DNA of 64,000 bases from Clostridiales bacterium. GTDB lineage: Bacteria; Bacillota; Clostridia; Christensenellales; CAG-138. Shown piece after piece: positions 39,527 to 49,458 of this stretch. The stretch is taken from assembly GCA_004558825.1 (NCBI GenBank), contig SFDB01000004.1:52678-116677 (forward strand), in the 5' to 3' direction. Below the pieces are notes generated by a model. The model saw only the letters and a list, made by a program, of their open reading frames with translations, was not told the origin of the DNA and ran no database searches. The position numbers and the translations under genes are program-made. Position 1 is the stretch's first letter; each line of letters opens with the position of its first letter.

Positions 39527-41671
39527 TTATTCATCACCGGTTTTCGTCGAGAAAACCACTTTAATAACAGTCCCAACGCGTACCATCGTACCCTTTTCGA
39601 TGCTCTGTACGCGTACATAGCCACCCGAATACGTGCCCTCTATCTCCATGATAAGGCCAACCGCTTTAAGCGCGTCGTACGCCTCAAGCCGTGTCATTCC
39701 GCTCAGATCAGGCACCTTTACCTTCTCAGTATCCGTGTCGTCGTCTTCAGGCACTATGTCGGTATTCGCGGTATAGAGCAAAACGCTCGTTCCCTTAAGC
39801 ACCTTCGTACCAGCCGACGGCACTTGCGCCGTAACCTCATCATTCTCCTGATATACGGCCTCAATGCCGAGCTCCTGCAGTGCCTCGGCGGCCTGCTTTG
39901 TTGTGAGGCCCGTAAGGTCGGGCACCGTTACAAGCTCATCATGCCCCGATTCCAGATATCCATAGTAGCGCAGCGTTTCCTCGAGCACATTTTTCACGAA
40001 CGGAGCCGCTACCGTGCTGCCGAATATGCTGCCCACCTTCGGCTCGTCGACGAGTATAAGCACCACAAACTGCGGATCGTCGGCAGGAGCAAAGCCTATA
40101 AACGAAGCAATGAGCTTACCTGCCGCGACTCCCGTATCGTCGTACTTCTGCGCCGTGCCGGTTTTTCCGCCGACGCGGTATCCGGGTATCTGCGCGTTGC
40201 GTCCGCTTCCGTTCTCAACCACGCTCTCGAGTATTTTGCGCACCTTCGCCGACGTTTCGCCGCTTATCACCTGCCGCACCGCCTCGGGCTTGTTATCTAT
40301 CACAACCGCGCCGTCGCTCGAAATGACCTGCTTCACTATTGTCGGCTTATACAGCGTTCCGCCGTTTACCGCCGCGCTTACCGCCGACGCCAGTTGGATA
40401 GGCGTAACTGCGACGCTCTGTCCGAATCCGATACGCGCAAGGTTTATATCGCGTATGTACTTCTCATGTATAACAATTCCGGACGATTCGCCTACGAGTC
40501 CGCTGCCCGTTGTCGCGCCAAATCCGAACGCGTATATATAGTTGTAAAGCTCCTCCGTGCCGAGCGCAAGCGCCATATCCATAAACGCGCAGTTGCACGA
40601 GTTTTCGGTACACTCGGTCAGCGACTGATGACCGTGCCCGCCCGCCTTCCAGCACTTTATCCGCTGCCCGCTCACCATCCTGTAGCCGGGGCAATTGGCC
40701 GTAAAGCCGTCGGATATTGTGTTCGAATCAAGCGCTGCCGACAGCGTTATTATTTTGAACGTCGAGCCCGGTTCGTACGCATCGGCCACTATCCTGTTGC
40801 GGCTCAGTGCCGAAAGCAGCTCAAGGTCGCTTCTGGGCGGATTGTTCAAATCGTAATCGGGCTTTGTTGACATAGCTATAATCTCGCCCGTTTTGCAGTT
40901 CATTATTATTCCCTGCGCGTTTGAAGCGTTGTTTACCTTCAGCGCTTCCTCAAGATTTTTCTCAAGGAATGACTGAACGGTGGTTTTTGTCGTAAGCACG
41001 AGGCCGCAGCCGTCCTTCTGCGCCAGATACTCCTGTATGCCGTACGGCAGCGACTTTCCGTCTCTGTCCGCTTCTGTAATCATGCGGCCGTTTTCGCCCG
41101 CAAGATACTTATTATACGTCAGCTCCAGGCCGGACTGTCCGTCTGAGTCTATGTTTGTAAAGCCTATTATCTGCGACAACAGACTTCCGTAGGGATAATA
41201 CCTTTTCGTGTCGACCGCCGTAACCACGCCGTTGCCAAGCTTCAGCGATTTTATGGCGTCGACCGTTTCGCGTTCCACCTGGCGCGCTATCACCACTTCT
41301 TTTACGGCCTTGCCGTTTTTCGCTTTTGTGGTTATCTTCTTGAGCACGGTCTCCTTTTCAAGGCCAAGTACGTTCGCAAGCTCGCTCGCTATCCTGTTAA
41401 CCTCACTGTCGGGTATCACCTGCGGCCAGGCAAGAACCTTGTAGACCGTCCCGCTCTGTGCAAGCACAACGCCGTCCGCATCAAGTATCCTTCCGCGCGA
41501 AGCCGTTATCGATGTGTCGCGCGTCTGCTGCTTCAGCGCTTTCAGTTGAAGGTCCTCGGCGTCAACAACCTGCAGCCCCACCAAGCGTCCTATTATGAGC
41601 ACAAAGGCTATCGCAATAAAGCTTACGACTATCAAAAGCCTTTTCTTTAGTGGAAGAGAGCGCTTTTTCAT
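39527..41671 (-). CDS. Class B penicillin-binding protein (FtsI/PBP2B/SpoVD family) with two PASTA domains
   Basis: 714 aa with an N-terminal TM helix, transpeptidase motifs STFK, SxN and KTG, and two C-terminal PASTA-like repeats. Confidence 0.92.
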   Translation of the reverse strand: MKKRSLPLKKRLLIVVSFIAIAFVLIIGRLVGLQVVDAEDLQLKALKQQTRDTSITASRGRILDADGVVLAQSGTVYKVLAWPQVIPDSEVNRIASELANVLGLEKETVLKKITTKAKNGKAVKEVVIARQVERETVDAIKSLKLGNGVVTAVDTKRYYPYGSLLSQIIGFTNIDSDGQSGLELTYNKYLAGENGRMITEADRDGKSLPYGIQEYLAQKDGCGLVLTTKTTVQSFLEKNLEEALKVNNASNAQGIIMNCKTGEIIAMSTKPDYDLNNPPRSDLELLSALSRNRIVADAYEPGSTFKIITLSAALDSNTISDGFTANCPGYRMVSGQRIKCWKAGGHGHQSLTECTENSCNCAFMDMALALGTEELYNYIYAFGFGATTGSGLVGESSGIVIHEKYIRDINLARIGFGQSVAVTPIQLASAVSAAVNGGTLYKPTIVKQVISSDGAVVIDNKPEAVRQVISGETSAKVRKILESVVENGSGRNAQIPGYRVGGKTGTAQKYDDTGVAAGKLIASFIGFAPADDPQFVVLILVDEPKVGSIFGSTVAAPFVKNVLEETLRYYGYLESGHDELVTVPDLTGLTTKQAAEALQELGIEAVYQENDEVTAQVPSAGTKVLKGTSVLLYTANTDIVPEDDDTDTEKVKVPDLSGMTRLEAYDALKAVGLIMEIEGTYSGGYVRVQSIEKGTMVRVGTVIKVVFSTKTGDE

Positions 41672-42081
41672 TGAACCTCCGTCCTCGCCGCATCTTCAAT
41701 CGCCTCAAGACTGACAGCTCGCTCCAGCTTCACCTGAAGCCGGTTAATCCTGCGTTCGCTTTCGGTTATCTTCGTTTTGAGCGACGTGACGGCCTCATAG
41801 CGCTCCGATATGAAAGCGTATCCCGCGACAAATGTTATCGCAAGCACCGCCGCAAAGATTATGGAGCTTACGAGAAAGAGTTTTTCCTTTACAAAAGGAT
41901 CCTTAGCGTGCTTCGGACGAACAGCCGGATTCGGCGCCGTCTGAGGGTTCGCCTTCGGCGCACACTCCGGTGTTTTCGGTGCGGGCTGTGCCGCCGTTGA
42001 CGAACGGGACTGCATATACACCTTTGTTACGGGCATATACCTTTCTTCATCCTGTCTTGCCGCTAATGCCATGTTATTCAC
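41668..42081 (-). CDS. ftsL: FtsL-like division protein
   Basis: 137 aa with a single TM helix followed by a coiled coil. Sits in the canonical slot between rsmH and pbp. Its stop overlaps the pbp start by 4 nt. Confidence 0.65.
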   Translation of the reverse strand: MNNMALAARQDEERYMPVTKVYMQSRSSTAAQPAPKTPECAPKANPQTAPNPAVRPKHAKDPFVKEKLFLVSSIIFAAVLAITFVAGYAFISERYEAVTSLKTKITESERRINRLQVKLERAVSLEAIEDAARTEVQ

Positions 42082-42112
42082 CCCATCGCTTCATAATTAC
42101 TGCTGCCGCATA

Positions 42113-43054
42113 TTACAGCCTGCGTATCGCTCTTAGCTTCGCGCTTCGCGATCTCGGATTCGCCTCAAGCTCCTCCTCGCTCGCCGTGAGCGGTTTTTTT
42201 GTTATTATCTTCGCTGTAGGCTTCAGTCCGCATGTGCATATCGGCGCACGCCTGTCGCATATGCACGGCTCCTCAAAGCGCTTGAACGCCTGCTTGACTA
42301 TCCTGTCCTCTAGCGAATGGAACGTTATTACCGCAAGAACGCCTCCCGGATTCAGGAATGACTCGATATCGCTTATCGCAGCGTCGAGTTCTTCAAGCTC
42401 GCCGTTAACCTCTATCCTTATCGCCTGAAACGTGCGCTTCGCAGGATGCTGCTTCTCGTTTCGCGCCGCAGCCGGCATTGCCTCTTTTATAAGTCCCGCC
42501 AGTTGAAGCGTCGTCTCGATAGGCGCTTTTTCACGCTCCGCGGCAATCCTGCGCGCAATCCTCGCCGCATACCGCTCCTCACCGTAATCTCGGATTATCT
42601 CGGCAAGCCTGTCCGCCGAATACGTATTCACTACATCGTACGCGCTCATGCTTGCGCTTCTGTCCATGCGCATATCGAGCGGAGCATTCTCGTTATATGA
42701 AAACCCTCTTTCCGGGGTATCGAGCTGATACGACGAAACGCCCAGATCAAGCAGCGCCCCGTCCAGCCCGCACACACCCTCCGCAGACAATAAGGACCTC
42801 ATATCAAAAAAATTGCCTCGCACGCTTTTAAATCTGCAGCCGAAGCGTTCAAGTTTTTTCGATGCTGCGGCGATTGCGTCGCCGTCTCTATCGATGCCGT
42901 AAAGCTTCCCGTTTTCCGGAAGCCTCTCGAGCACCGCCTCCGCGTGTCCGCCGCCGCCGAGCGTACCGTCGGCAAATATTCCTCCGCGCTCGGGCGCCAA
43001 GAGCTCAAGCACCTCGTTTTTCATTATGGGGATATGTCTGAACACGCTCGTCAT
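42113..43054 (-). CDS. rsmH: 16S rRNA (cytosine1402-N4)-methyltransferase
   Basis: 313 aa with the sequence HIPIM..E....L....G...DGT.G.GGH. Confidence 0.95.
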   Translation of the reverse strand: MTSVFRHIPIMKNEVLELLAPERGGIFADGTLGGGGHAEAVLERLPENGKLYGIDRDGDAIAAASKKLERFGCRFKSVRGNFFDMRSLLSAEGVCGLDGALLDLGVSSYQLDTPERGFSYNENAPLDMRMDRSASMSAYDVVNTYSADRLAEIIRDYGEERYAARIARRIAAEREKAPIETTLQLAGLIKEAMPAAARNEKQHPAKRTFQAIRIEVNGELEELDAAISDIESFLNPGGVLAVITFHSLEDRIVKQAFKRFEEPCICDRRAPICTCGLKPTAKIITKKPLTASEEELEANPRSRSAKLRAIRRL

Positions 43055-43500
43055 ATGCCGCGGCCCGCCAGCACGTCAAGAGCCTGCGTCCACTCTTCGG
43101 CGCTGAACCCTTCCTCCGAAGCGTCCCATGCCTCGGCGTTCCATATCTCAAAGCAATCGCTCATGCCCACGAGTACGACTTCGTCGCCTATCCCGGCGTA
43201 TTCAATAAGCTTCGGCGCAAGTAGTATTCTTCCCTGCTTGTCCGGCTCGCAGCCGCCTGCGCTCGCCAACACCTGACGCTTGAACCTGTTGCCAAGAACA
43301 TCCGTCACGGGAAGATCGTTAAGCTTTTCGAACGTTTTCATAAAAGACTGCTGCGAATACGCCCGCAGACATTTTCCTTCGTCCGCGGCTGTTATGCCGC
43401 GCATAACTATTACGGAGTCGCCGAGCTCGCCGCGCCATTTTGACGGTATAAATACTCTGCCCTTGGGGTCAACGACATGCCTGTATGATCCTATGAGCAT
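43051..43500 (-). CDS. mraZ: Transcriptional regulator MraZ
   Basis: 149 aa with two SpoVT/AbrB-like repeats (DPKGRVFIPSKWR and DKQGRILL). Confidence 0.93.
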   Translation of the reverse strand: MLIGSYRHVVDPKGRVFIPSKWRGELGDSVIVMRGITAADEGKCLRAYSQQSFMKTFEKLNDLPVTDVLGNRFKRQVLASAGGCEPDKQGRILLAPKLIEYAGIGDEVVLVGMSDCFEIWNAEAWDASEEGFSAEEWTQALDVLAGRGI

Positions 43501-43563
43501 TTTCGGCTCCTCCTTTTCTTCAAATTCGTATCGTGTAGATACACCGAAGGTAATTTTGTTTCT

Positions 43564-43607
43564 ATTATATCAGATGCGCTCCTTTTTGCAACACTTTGCA
43601 CCACTTT
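43564..43607 (-). promoter_or_regulatory. P_mra promoter (TTGCAA-16-TATAAT) overlapped by three 10-nt-phased MraZ-box-like repeats
   Basis: On the minus strand the sequence reads AAAGTGGTGC AAAGTGTTGC AAAAAGGAGC (43578-43607). The -35 is at 43586-43591 and the -10 at 43564-43569. Confidence 0.6.
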
Positions 43608-43796
43608 AGTCAAATTTTATTTATTATTGCTTGATTTCACATTCTTCATTGCCTTTCGACAGGGAAAATCGTCGTGCGGCGCACTGCAAAAATATATTTC
43701 TCGCTCACCTGAACATAATTCAGCAAAAAGTCTCCATTTGGTCTTTATCGGTGACGAAAACTATTGTATAATGCATTCGTAATAATATTTTCGTAA

Positions 43797-44993
43797 ATGA
43801 GAGGTATTATTTTGGACTTATTCGATAGCTACAAGAGTTTCACTCAGCCCCGGGAGCTCATGGAAGCAGGGCTGTATCCGTATTTTCATGCGCTTGAGAC
43901 GGCGCAGGATACGGAGGTCGTTATCAACGGCAAAAGCACAATAATGCTCGGCTCAAACAACTATTTGGGCCTTACAAACGACCCGCGGACCATCGCGGCC
44001 GCACATGCTGCGCTCGATAAATACGGCACGGGATGCTCCGGCTCGCGCTTCTTGAACGGCACGCTCGTGCTCCACCTCGAGCTTGAAAAGGAGCTTGCCG
44101 ACTTCTTCCACAAGGACGCCGCAATCACGTTCTCGACGGGTTTTCAAACGAACCTCGGCATAGTTTCGGCGCTTGCGACACGTCACACCTATATTTTGCA
44201 TGACGCCGAGAACCACGCAAGCCTTCTTGACGCTTCGCGTCTCAGCTTTGCCAAAAACGTGCTCAAATTCGAGCACAGCAACATGGAAGCGCTCGAAGAT
44301 AAACTTGCAAGGCTGCCGCTCGAAGCGCCCAAGCTCATAATCACCGACGGCGTCTTTTCGATGTCCGGCGACATAGCAAAGCTTCCCGAGATCGTGGCGC
44401 TCAAGAAAAAATACAACGCCCGTCTCATGGTCGACGACGCGCACGGCGTGGGCATGATAGGCGACTGCGGACGCGGTACGGCCTCGTACTTCAATCTTGA
44501 GGACGATGTTGACGTCATAATGACAACATTTTCGAAATCGTTCGCTTCGCTCGGCGGATGCGCTGCGGCAAGCGCCGACGTCATTGAATATATCAAGCAT
44601 AAATCGCGCCCGTTCATATTCAGCGCGTCAATACCGCCCGCTAACGCCGCTGCGGCTCTTGAAGCGCTGCGCATACTCAGGAACAGTCCCGAACGTGTTC
44701 AGGCGCTCATAGAAATTGCTGCATATATGCGCGGCAAGCTCCGCGAAAACGGCATCCCGATAATGGATGGCTCAACGGCGGTTATACCGATATATACATA
44801 CAGCCTCATCCGCACGCTCACAATCGCAAAGCGTCTGCTTGAGGAAGGCGTATATGTCAATCCCGTGCTTCCGCCCGCCGTTCCCGACGATATGTGTCTT
44901 CTGAGGACGAGCTACACGGCCACACACACCAGGGAGCAAATGGATCGCGCCGTGGAGATAATCACGCGTGTTTTCAACGAAATAAAAGAATAA
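43797..44993 (+). CDS. Alpha-oxoamine synthase family PLP enzyme, closest by motif to serine palmitoyltransferase
   Basis: 398 aa. Motifs [28 protein letters not shown], the [11 protein letters not shown] lysine motif and [11 protein letters not shown]. The start could instead be the TTG at 43812. Confidence 0.85.
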   Translation: MRGIILDLFDSYKSFTQPRELMEAGLYPYFHALETAQDTEVVINGKSTIMLGSNNYLGLTNDPRTIAAAHAALDKYGTGCSGSRFLNGTLVLHLELEKELADFFHKDAAITFSTGFQTNLGIVSALATRHTYILHDAENHASLLDASRLSFAKNVLKFEHSNMEALEDKLARLPLEAPKLIITDGVFSMSGDIAKLPEIVALKKKYNARLMVDDAHGVGMIGDCGRGTASYFNLEDDVDVIMTTFSKSFASLGGCAAASADVIEYIKHKSRPFIFSASIPPANAAAALEALRILRNSPERVQALIEIAAYMRGKLRENGIPIMDGSTAVIPIYTYSLIRTLTIAKRLLEEGVYVNPVLPPAVPDDMCLLRTSYTATHTREQMDRAVEIITRVFNEIKE

Positions 44994-45009
44994 ACCGAAT
45001 GGAGAATAT

Positions 45010-46197
45010 ATGATCAAGAAGCTTTTTACTTCCGAGTCCGTTACAGACGGGCATCCCGATAAGGTATGCGATGCAATCGCCGACTCGGTTCTCGACAAAA
45101 TACTTGAAGAAGATCCCTACGCACGCGTTGCGTGCGAATGCGCCGCAACAACGGGCATGGTAATCGTCATGGGCGAAGTCACGACGAGCTGCTACGTCGA
45201 TATACCGCGCCTCGTCCGCGACGTCGCCATGGAAATAGGCTACGACAAGCCCGAATACGGCTTTGACGGCCACACCCTCGCCGTCATATCAGCCATCAAC
45301 AACCAGTCCGCCGATATAGACATGGGCGTAAGCAAATCGTTCGAAGCTAAATCCGGAGACAATGACGACAGGTTCTCTATCGGCGCAGGCGATCAGGGCA
45401 TGATGTTTGGCTATGCCTGCGACGAAACACCCGAGCTCATGCCGCTCGGCGCTTCGCTCGCGCACAAGCTCACGAGGCGTCTGCACGATGTGCGTGTCGA
45501 CAAGACTCTCCCATATCTTCGCCCCGACGGCAAGTCGCAGGTAACCGTAGAATATATTGACGGCGTCCCCTCGCGCATAGATACCGTCGTCATTTCGGCA
45601 CAGCATGATCCCGATGTCGAGCTTTCCAAAATTCGGCGCGATATAATAGAGAATGTCATCCGCCCTATAATTCCCACGGGCCTCATCGATGAAAATACGA
45701 CAATATATGTTAATCCCACAGGCAGGTTCGTTATCGGCGGCCCGCAGGGCGACTCCGGCCTTACGGGCAGAAAGATAATTGTAGACACATACGGCGGCTT
45801 TGCTCGCCACGGCGGAGGTTCGTTCTCCGGCAAGGACTGCACCAAGGTAGACAGGAGCGCTTCATACGCCGCGCGCTATGCGGCTAAAAACATCGTCGCC
45901 GCCGGGCTGGCGAGACGCTGCGAAATACAAATAGCATACGCCATAGGCGTTGCGCATCCGGTATCGATAATGGTTGATACTTTCGGCACGGGCATTATCC
46001 CCGACGAAAAAATCGTTGAGCTTCTTAAGGCGAACTTTGATTTCCGCCCCGCCGCCATAATAGAGCGTCTCGGGCTTCGCCGTCCAATATACCGCAAGAC
46101 CGCCTCATTCGGTCACTTCGGCAGAACCGATGTGGATTTCCCCTGGGAGCACACCGATATGGCAGAAACTCTCAAGGTCCAAGCAATGAAGGCATAA
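45010..46197 (+). CDS. metK: S-adenosylmethionine synthetase
   Basis: 395 aa with the motifs FTSESV..GHPDK, GAGDQG and GGGAFSGKD. Confidence 0.97.
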   Translation: MIKKLFTSESVTDGHPDKVCDAIADSVLDKILEEDPYARVACECAATTGMVIVMGEVTTSCYVDIPRLVRDVAMEIGYDKPEYGFDGHTLAVISAINNQSADIDMGVSKSFEAKSGDNDDRFSIGAGDQGMMFGYACDETPELMPLGASLAHKLTRRLHDVRVDKTLPYLRPDGKSQVTVEYIDGVPSRIDTVVISAQHDPDVELSKIRRDIIENVIRPIIPTGLIDENTTIYVNPTGRFVIGGPQGDSGLTGRKIIVDTYGGFARHGGGSFSGKDCTKVDRSASYAARYAAKNIVAAGLARRCEIQIAYAIGVAHPVSIMVDTFGTGIIPDEKIVELLKANFDFRPAAIIERLGLRRPIYRKTASFGHFGRTDVDFPWEHTDMAETLKVQAMKA

Positions 46198-46199
46198 GC

Positions 46200-46425
46200 A
46201 AAACACAGGCGTCAGTGAGCGAGATAAATCATTGACGCCTGTTCCTATATTTAATTAACCGTTGACAGCAGTGTGGCATGGAATCCTTTCATTGCAGATG
46301 CTTATGTTTGTCTAACCATACCGCAGGTGTTCCCCTTTGCTCCACGGGCGTTATTTGTTTTCCGCGCCGTAACCTCCCGGTCTATCCTCTCGGCTTGTTC
46401 GCCTGCTCGTAGTTACATTAAATCA
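46200..46425 (-). ncRNA. Candidate ORF-less transcript (about 220 nt) from promoter 46432-46460 to the 46205-46242 terminator
   Basis: TTGATT (46455-46460), a 17-nt spacer and TATAAT (46432-46437) on the minus strand. The longest internal ORF is 13 codons and has no SD. No RNA family recognised. Confidence 0.3.
46205..46242. terminator. Bidirectional terminator hairpin after metK
   Basis: 10-bp stem ACAGGCGTCA / TGACGCCTGT. On the minus strand it is followed by GTTTTGCTT. Confidence 0.6.
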
Positions 46426-46803
46426 TTCTATATTATAGTCCGATTAGCGAATAAAATCAATAGGCTTCCCACAAAGTTCAGGAAGAATTTCCAATTCAGA
46501 AATCAAGGGTTTGGGACTTTCCCAAAAGAGAAAATGAGCGTATCGGCTGCAAGGCTGAAACGCTCATTTTTCCGGTGTGTACGGACATCGGATGTGCTTG
46601 CTATTCTCTAAAATCTTATACACGTATCTCCAATGCGCTCTCGTTTCCAGAAAAACCGAGAGCGCGTTTTTTATTGAAATCTTCGCGTACCGGTGGACAA
46701 ACGCTGAAAAAGTGTCCGTTGTAAAGTGTAAGAGAATTTTTCAAAATGCTGTGCAACATTGGCGCGATTATATGTCCGTTGTAAATTGAAGGGAGTGTTT
46801 TTT

Positions 46804-47037
46804 ATGGCAGACCGAACAAGACCAATACGAATTGAGTTCTGCGTCACCGAACAGGAGAAGAAGCTCATACAACACAAGATGGAGCAGCTTGGCACCAAAA
46901 ACATGGGAGCCTATCTACGCAAAATGGCGATCGACGGCTATATCATCAAAGTGGATTACACCGAGCAAAAGAAACTGGCTGCTGCCGTCAGCCGCGTTGC
47001 AGGAAACATCAACCAGATCTGTCGCCGTAGCGGTTGA
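46804..47037 (+). pseudogene. MobC-type relaxosome protein, C-terminally truncated
   Basis: 77 aa. The pattern RIEFCVTEQEK..I...ME..G.KN...YLRKMAIDGYI....Y......VSRVAGNINQI is MobC-like. It ends right after the NINQI motif and no relaxase follows. Confidence 0.6.
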
Positions 47038-47238
47038 CTGACGAATGCCCTTTTTGAGCAATTCGGCCATTAAATTTATTGCCATATCGTACCTCCTTTT
47101 TACCGTCAACGATAACTATGTACACACGATAAATCCGTGTACGGTAATTATCAATAGTCTTTTTTCCGTTAATGGTAAAATATTTATTTATTTTTTTGTA
47201 GTTTGTAATATACTAAAAGTGAAAGCGAGGGATACATT

Positions 47239-47613
47239 ATGTACAATTTTGAACAAATATTATGGCGCTTAAAAGATGCCAAGAAAGTTAGCAGACTAAC
47301 AAACAAAGAACTTTCGCAACAATCTTCGGTGCCACTTGGCACAGTAAATAAAATATTTTCTGGTGACACAAAAGAACCGAAACTACCAGCGGTAATAGCA
47401 CTTGCTAATGCATTAAATGTCTCAGTTGACTATTTGATATACGGCGAATATAAAGCGCCCGCATTATCATCGACTGAAACGCGCCTTCTTAAGTCATTCC
47501 GCGCATTCAATGCCGAAGACCAAGAAAAGGTGCTTTCATATATTTGTGACCTTGAAAGTACGGGGCGATATAAAAAAGCTAATTCGGCTGGAATGGTGGC
47601 GCGAGAAGCGTAA
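47239..47613 (+). CDS. XRE-family helix-turn-helix regulator
   Basis: 124 aa with an N-terminal HTH_3 pattern (LTNKELSQQSSVPLGTVNKIFSG ... LANALNVSVDYLI). RBS GAGGGA is present. Confidence 0.85.
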   Translation: MYNFEQILWRLKDAKKVSRLTNKELSQQSSVPLGTVNKIFSGDTKEPKLPAVIALANALNVSVDYLIYGEYKAPALSSTETRLLKSFRAFNAEDQEKVLSYICDLESTGRYKKANSAGMVAREA

Positions 47614-47753
47614 AAACAAAACGTTATAAGCATTGGATAGGATATCAATATCTGCACTTTTCTATACCCTGACCGTTGACAATTAAAACATGCAATGGTA
47701 TTATAAATTGATACATTTCGTGGTAAATTATGTTAACTTAGGAGGATGGAAAA

Positions 47754-48353
47754 ATGAAACGTGTGTTATGCTTTGCGGCGGCTATGCTTTTTGTCGCTGC
47801 ATTTGTAGGTTGCTCGTCATCTACCAACATTGACATCGGCAGCAACACTGGTAACGATGTGCGGAACACTCCTTCAACAGTCGCACAAACAAGCGCACCA
47901 AAGCAGGAGACTGTTGGAACAAGAAAAAACCCTGCAAAACTAAACGAGACTGTTCGCGTGGAGCTTAATTCCATATTGAACAAGGGTATAGCAGAGGTGT
48001 CGCTCATAGAGGTTATCCGCGGCGATGAAGCAGCAAAGATGATAGCTGATGCAAATGCATTTAATGACCCTGCGCCCGACGGCAAGGAATATATACTTGC
48101 AAAATTCAGCATAACGTTTGTACAGGATACGAGCGGTAAAGACGAACCATTAACCGTAAATTATCTTAACTTCTGCTACGCCTCGTCCACGTTCTCGGTA
48201 AACGACGATCTGCAATTCGTAGTTATCAACAATGAACTTGACCTTAAGCTGTATGAAGGCGCCAGCGGTGATGGTTATGTGCTTCTCGTCGCCGACAAGG
48301 ATGATGCAGGGTACGCCGTATTTAATAATGACGTCTGGTTTGCTTTGTCGTAA
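47754..48353 (+). CDS. Secreted lipoprotein (DUF4352-like)
   Basis: Signal peptide with a lipobox (AAFVGC). RBS AGGAGG is present. The mature beta-rich domain resembles DUF4352. A terminator hairpin lies at about 48371-48400. Confidence 0.75.
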   Translation: MKRVLCFAAAMLFVAAFVGCSSSTNIDIGSNTGNDVRNTPSTVAQTSAPKQETVGTRKNPAKLNETVRVELNSILNKGIAEVSLIEVIRGDEAAKMIADANAFNDPAPDGKEYILAKFSITFVQDTSGKDEPLTVNYLNFCYASSTFSVNDDLQFVVINNELDLKLYEGASGDGYVLLVADKDDAGYAVFNNDVWFALS

Positions 48354-48723
48354 ATAATCATTTTCATCATAAAACGGCGGTTCGCTCCGCCGCTTTTATT
48401 TTATGCTCAATCATTAGCCGAGATAGCGCAGGAGCGCTTTTCGGAGTGTTTTGTCATGCAAAAATCATCATATTTCGCTTGCACTTAACGCGCATATATG
48501 CCAATCTATATAAGAGCGCACGAGGGAGGCGCGGAACGTTTGGACGTAGTGTTCTATGGGGTAATATATTCGTTCCATCTTCCTTTGACGCGCTCACTGT
48601 TAACATGACTCATTCTCGCTTCCCTCCAACACCTCCATCGCTGGTAGCTCTTTTGCAGATTCGCAGTTGATTATTTTTAGCATTTCATTCTCCTCCATTA
48701 TCATTTTCCGTTCTCCCTCACTT

Positions 48724-48954
48724 TTATTTGTGCATAATTTCGTTAAAAACAGTCGCACTGTATTCAGCTGCCGCTCTTTTATCCCCGTCTACCTCGTGAG
48801 AGTACACCTTGTAAGTTTGCATATTTACAGAATGTCCAACGGTGGCCTTCAGCAGGCCTGTCGGCATAGCCTTATTGAAGCTTATAAAAGTATGCCTCAA
48901 GCCGTATAGCGTTAAATCATCAAATCCATTTTTTTGCAAAACATTTTGAATCAT
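48724..48954 (-). pseudogene. Tyrosine recombinase/integrase, C-terminal catalytic fragment only
   Basis: 76 aa carrying LYGLRHTF ... GHS ... Y. Further integrase-like pieces lie in other frames at about 48440-48600 and 48994-49200. Confidence 0.7.
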
Positions 48955-49201
48955 CTGTATATATATCTTTCTTGTGACATCGCGCCAGTCATGTCACAAA
49001 AAACATAATTCGAAACAATACCGCGTTGCCTCAGCTGTAATGACTGACCATTGAAGATCGCACGCGTTAGTTTGCGCAACCGCTTTGACGTGTTCCAATA
49101 TCGCGCTCGCTCGTGCTGTTGTCAGCTCCGCACACGTCCTCCAGAAGTCCGCGGCTAATGTTCCCCGTACCGCGTGCGTGAACGAATCTCCCAACAGGCT
49201 T

Positions 49202-49417
49202 ATGAAAATTGACTGGATTAGGAAATTGACGAGCAGAAAGCTTTGGATTGCTACCGTCGGGCTTGTGTCAGGCTTGATAATCGCTTTTGGCGGTTCTGCT
49301 GAAACTGCTGAAACGGTGACGGGCTGTATCATGTCAGCCGCTTCTGTGGTGGCATACGTCATCGGAGAAGGACTTACAGATGCGGCGCACACAGAACAGT
49401 CCAAGAGCGATGAATAA
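49202..49417 (+). CDS. Small two-TM holin-like membrane protein
   Basis: 72 aa, MKIDWIRKLTSRKLW..., with two TM helices and a charged C-terminus. Resembles phage holins from memory. The RBS is weak. Confidence 0.4.
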   Translation: MKIDWIRKLTSRKLWIATVGLVSGLIIAFGGSAETAETVTGCIMSAASVVAYVIGEGLTDAAHTEQSKSDE

Positions 49418-49458
49418 GAACGTTTTTGAGTCCTTCATGGCGGAGGAAATATAAAAAT

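Noticed and set aside
48598-48699. 34-codon ORF (MIMEENEMLKIINCES...) with GAGGGAGA upstream, downstream of the integrase fragment
   Set aside because: It could be a small peptide, but it lies within integrase wreckage and has no recognisable family. The evidence is insufficient to call it.
48994-49404. 136-aa minus-strand ORF as a real gene
   Set aside because: Its 5' half is antisense to the holin-like ORF. Only the 3' part (about 48994-49200) looks like an out-of-frame integrase piece. It is treated as part of the integrase pseudogene.
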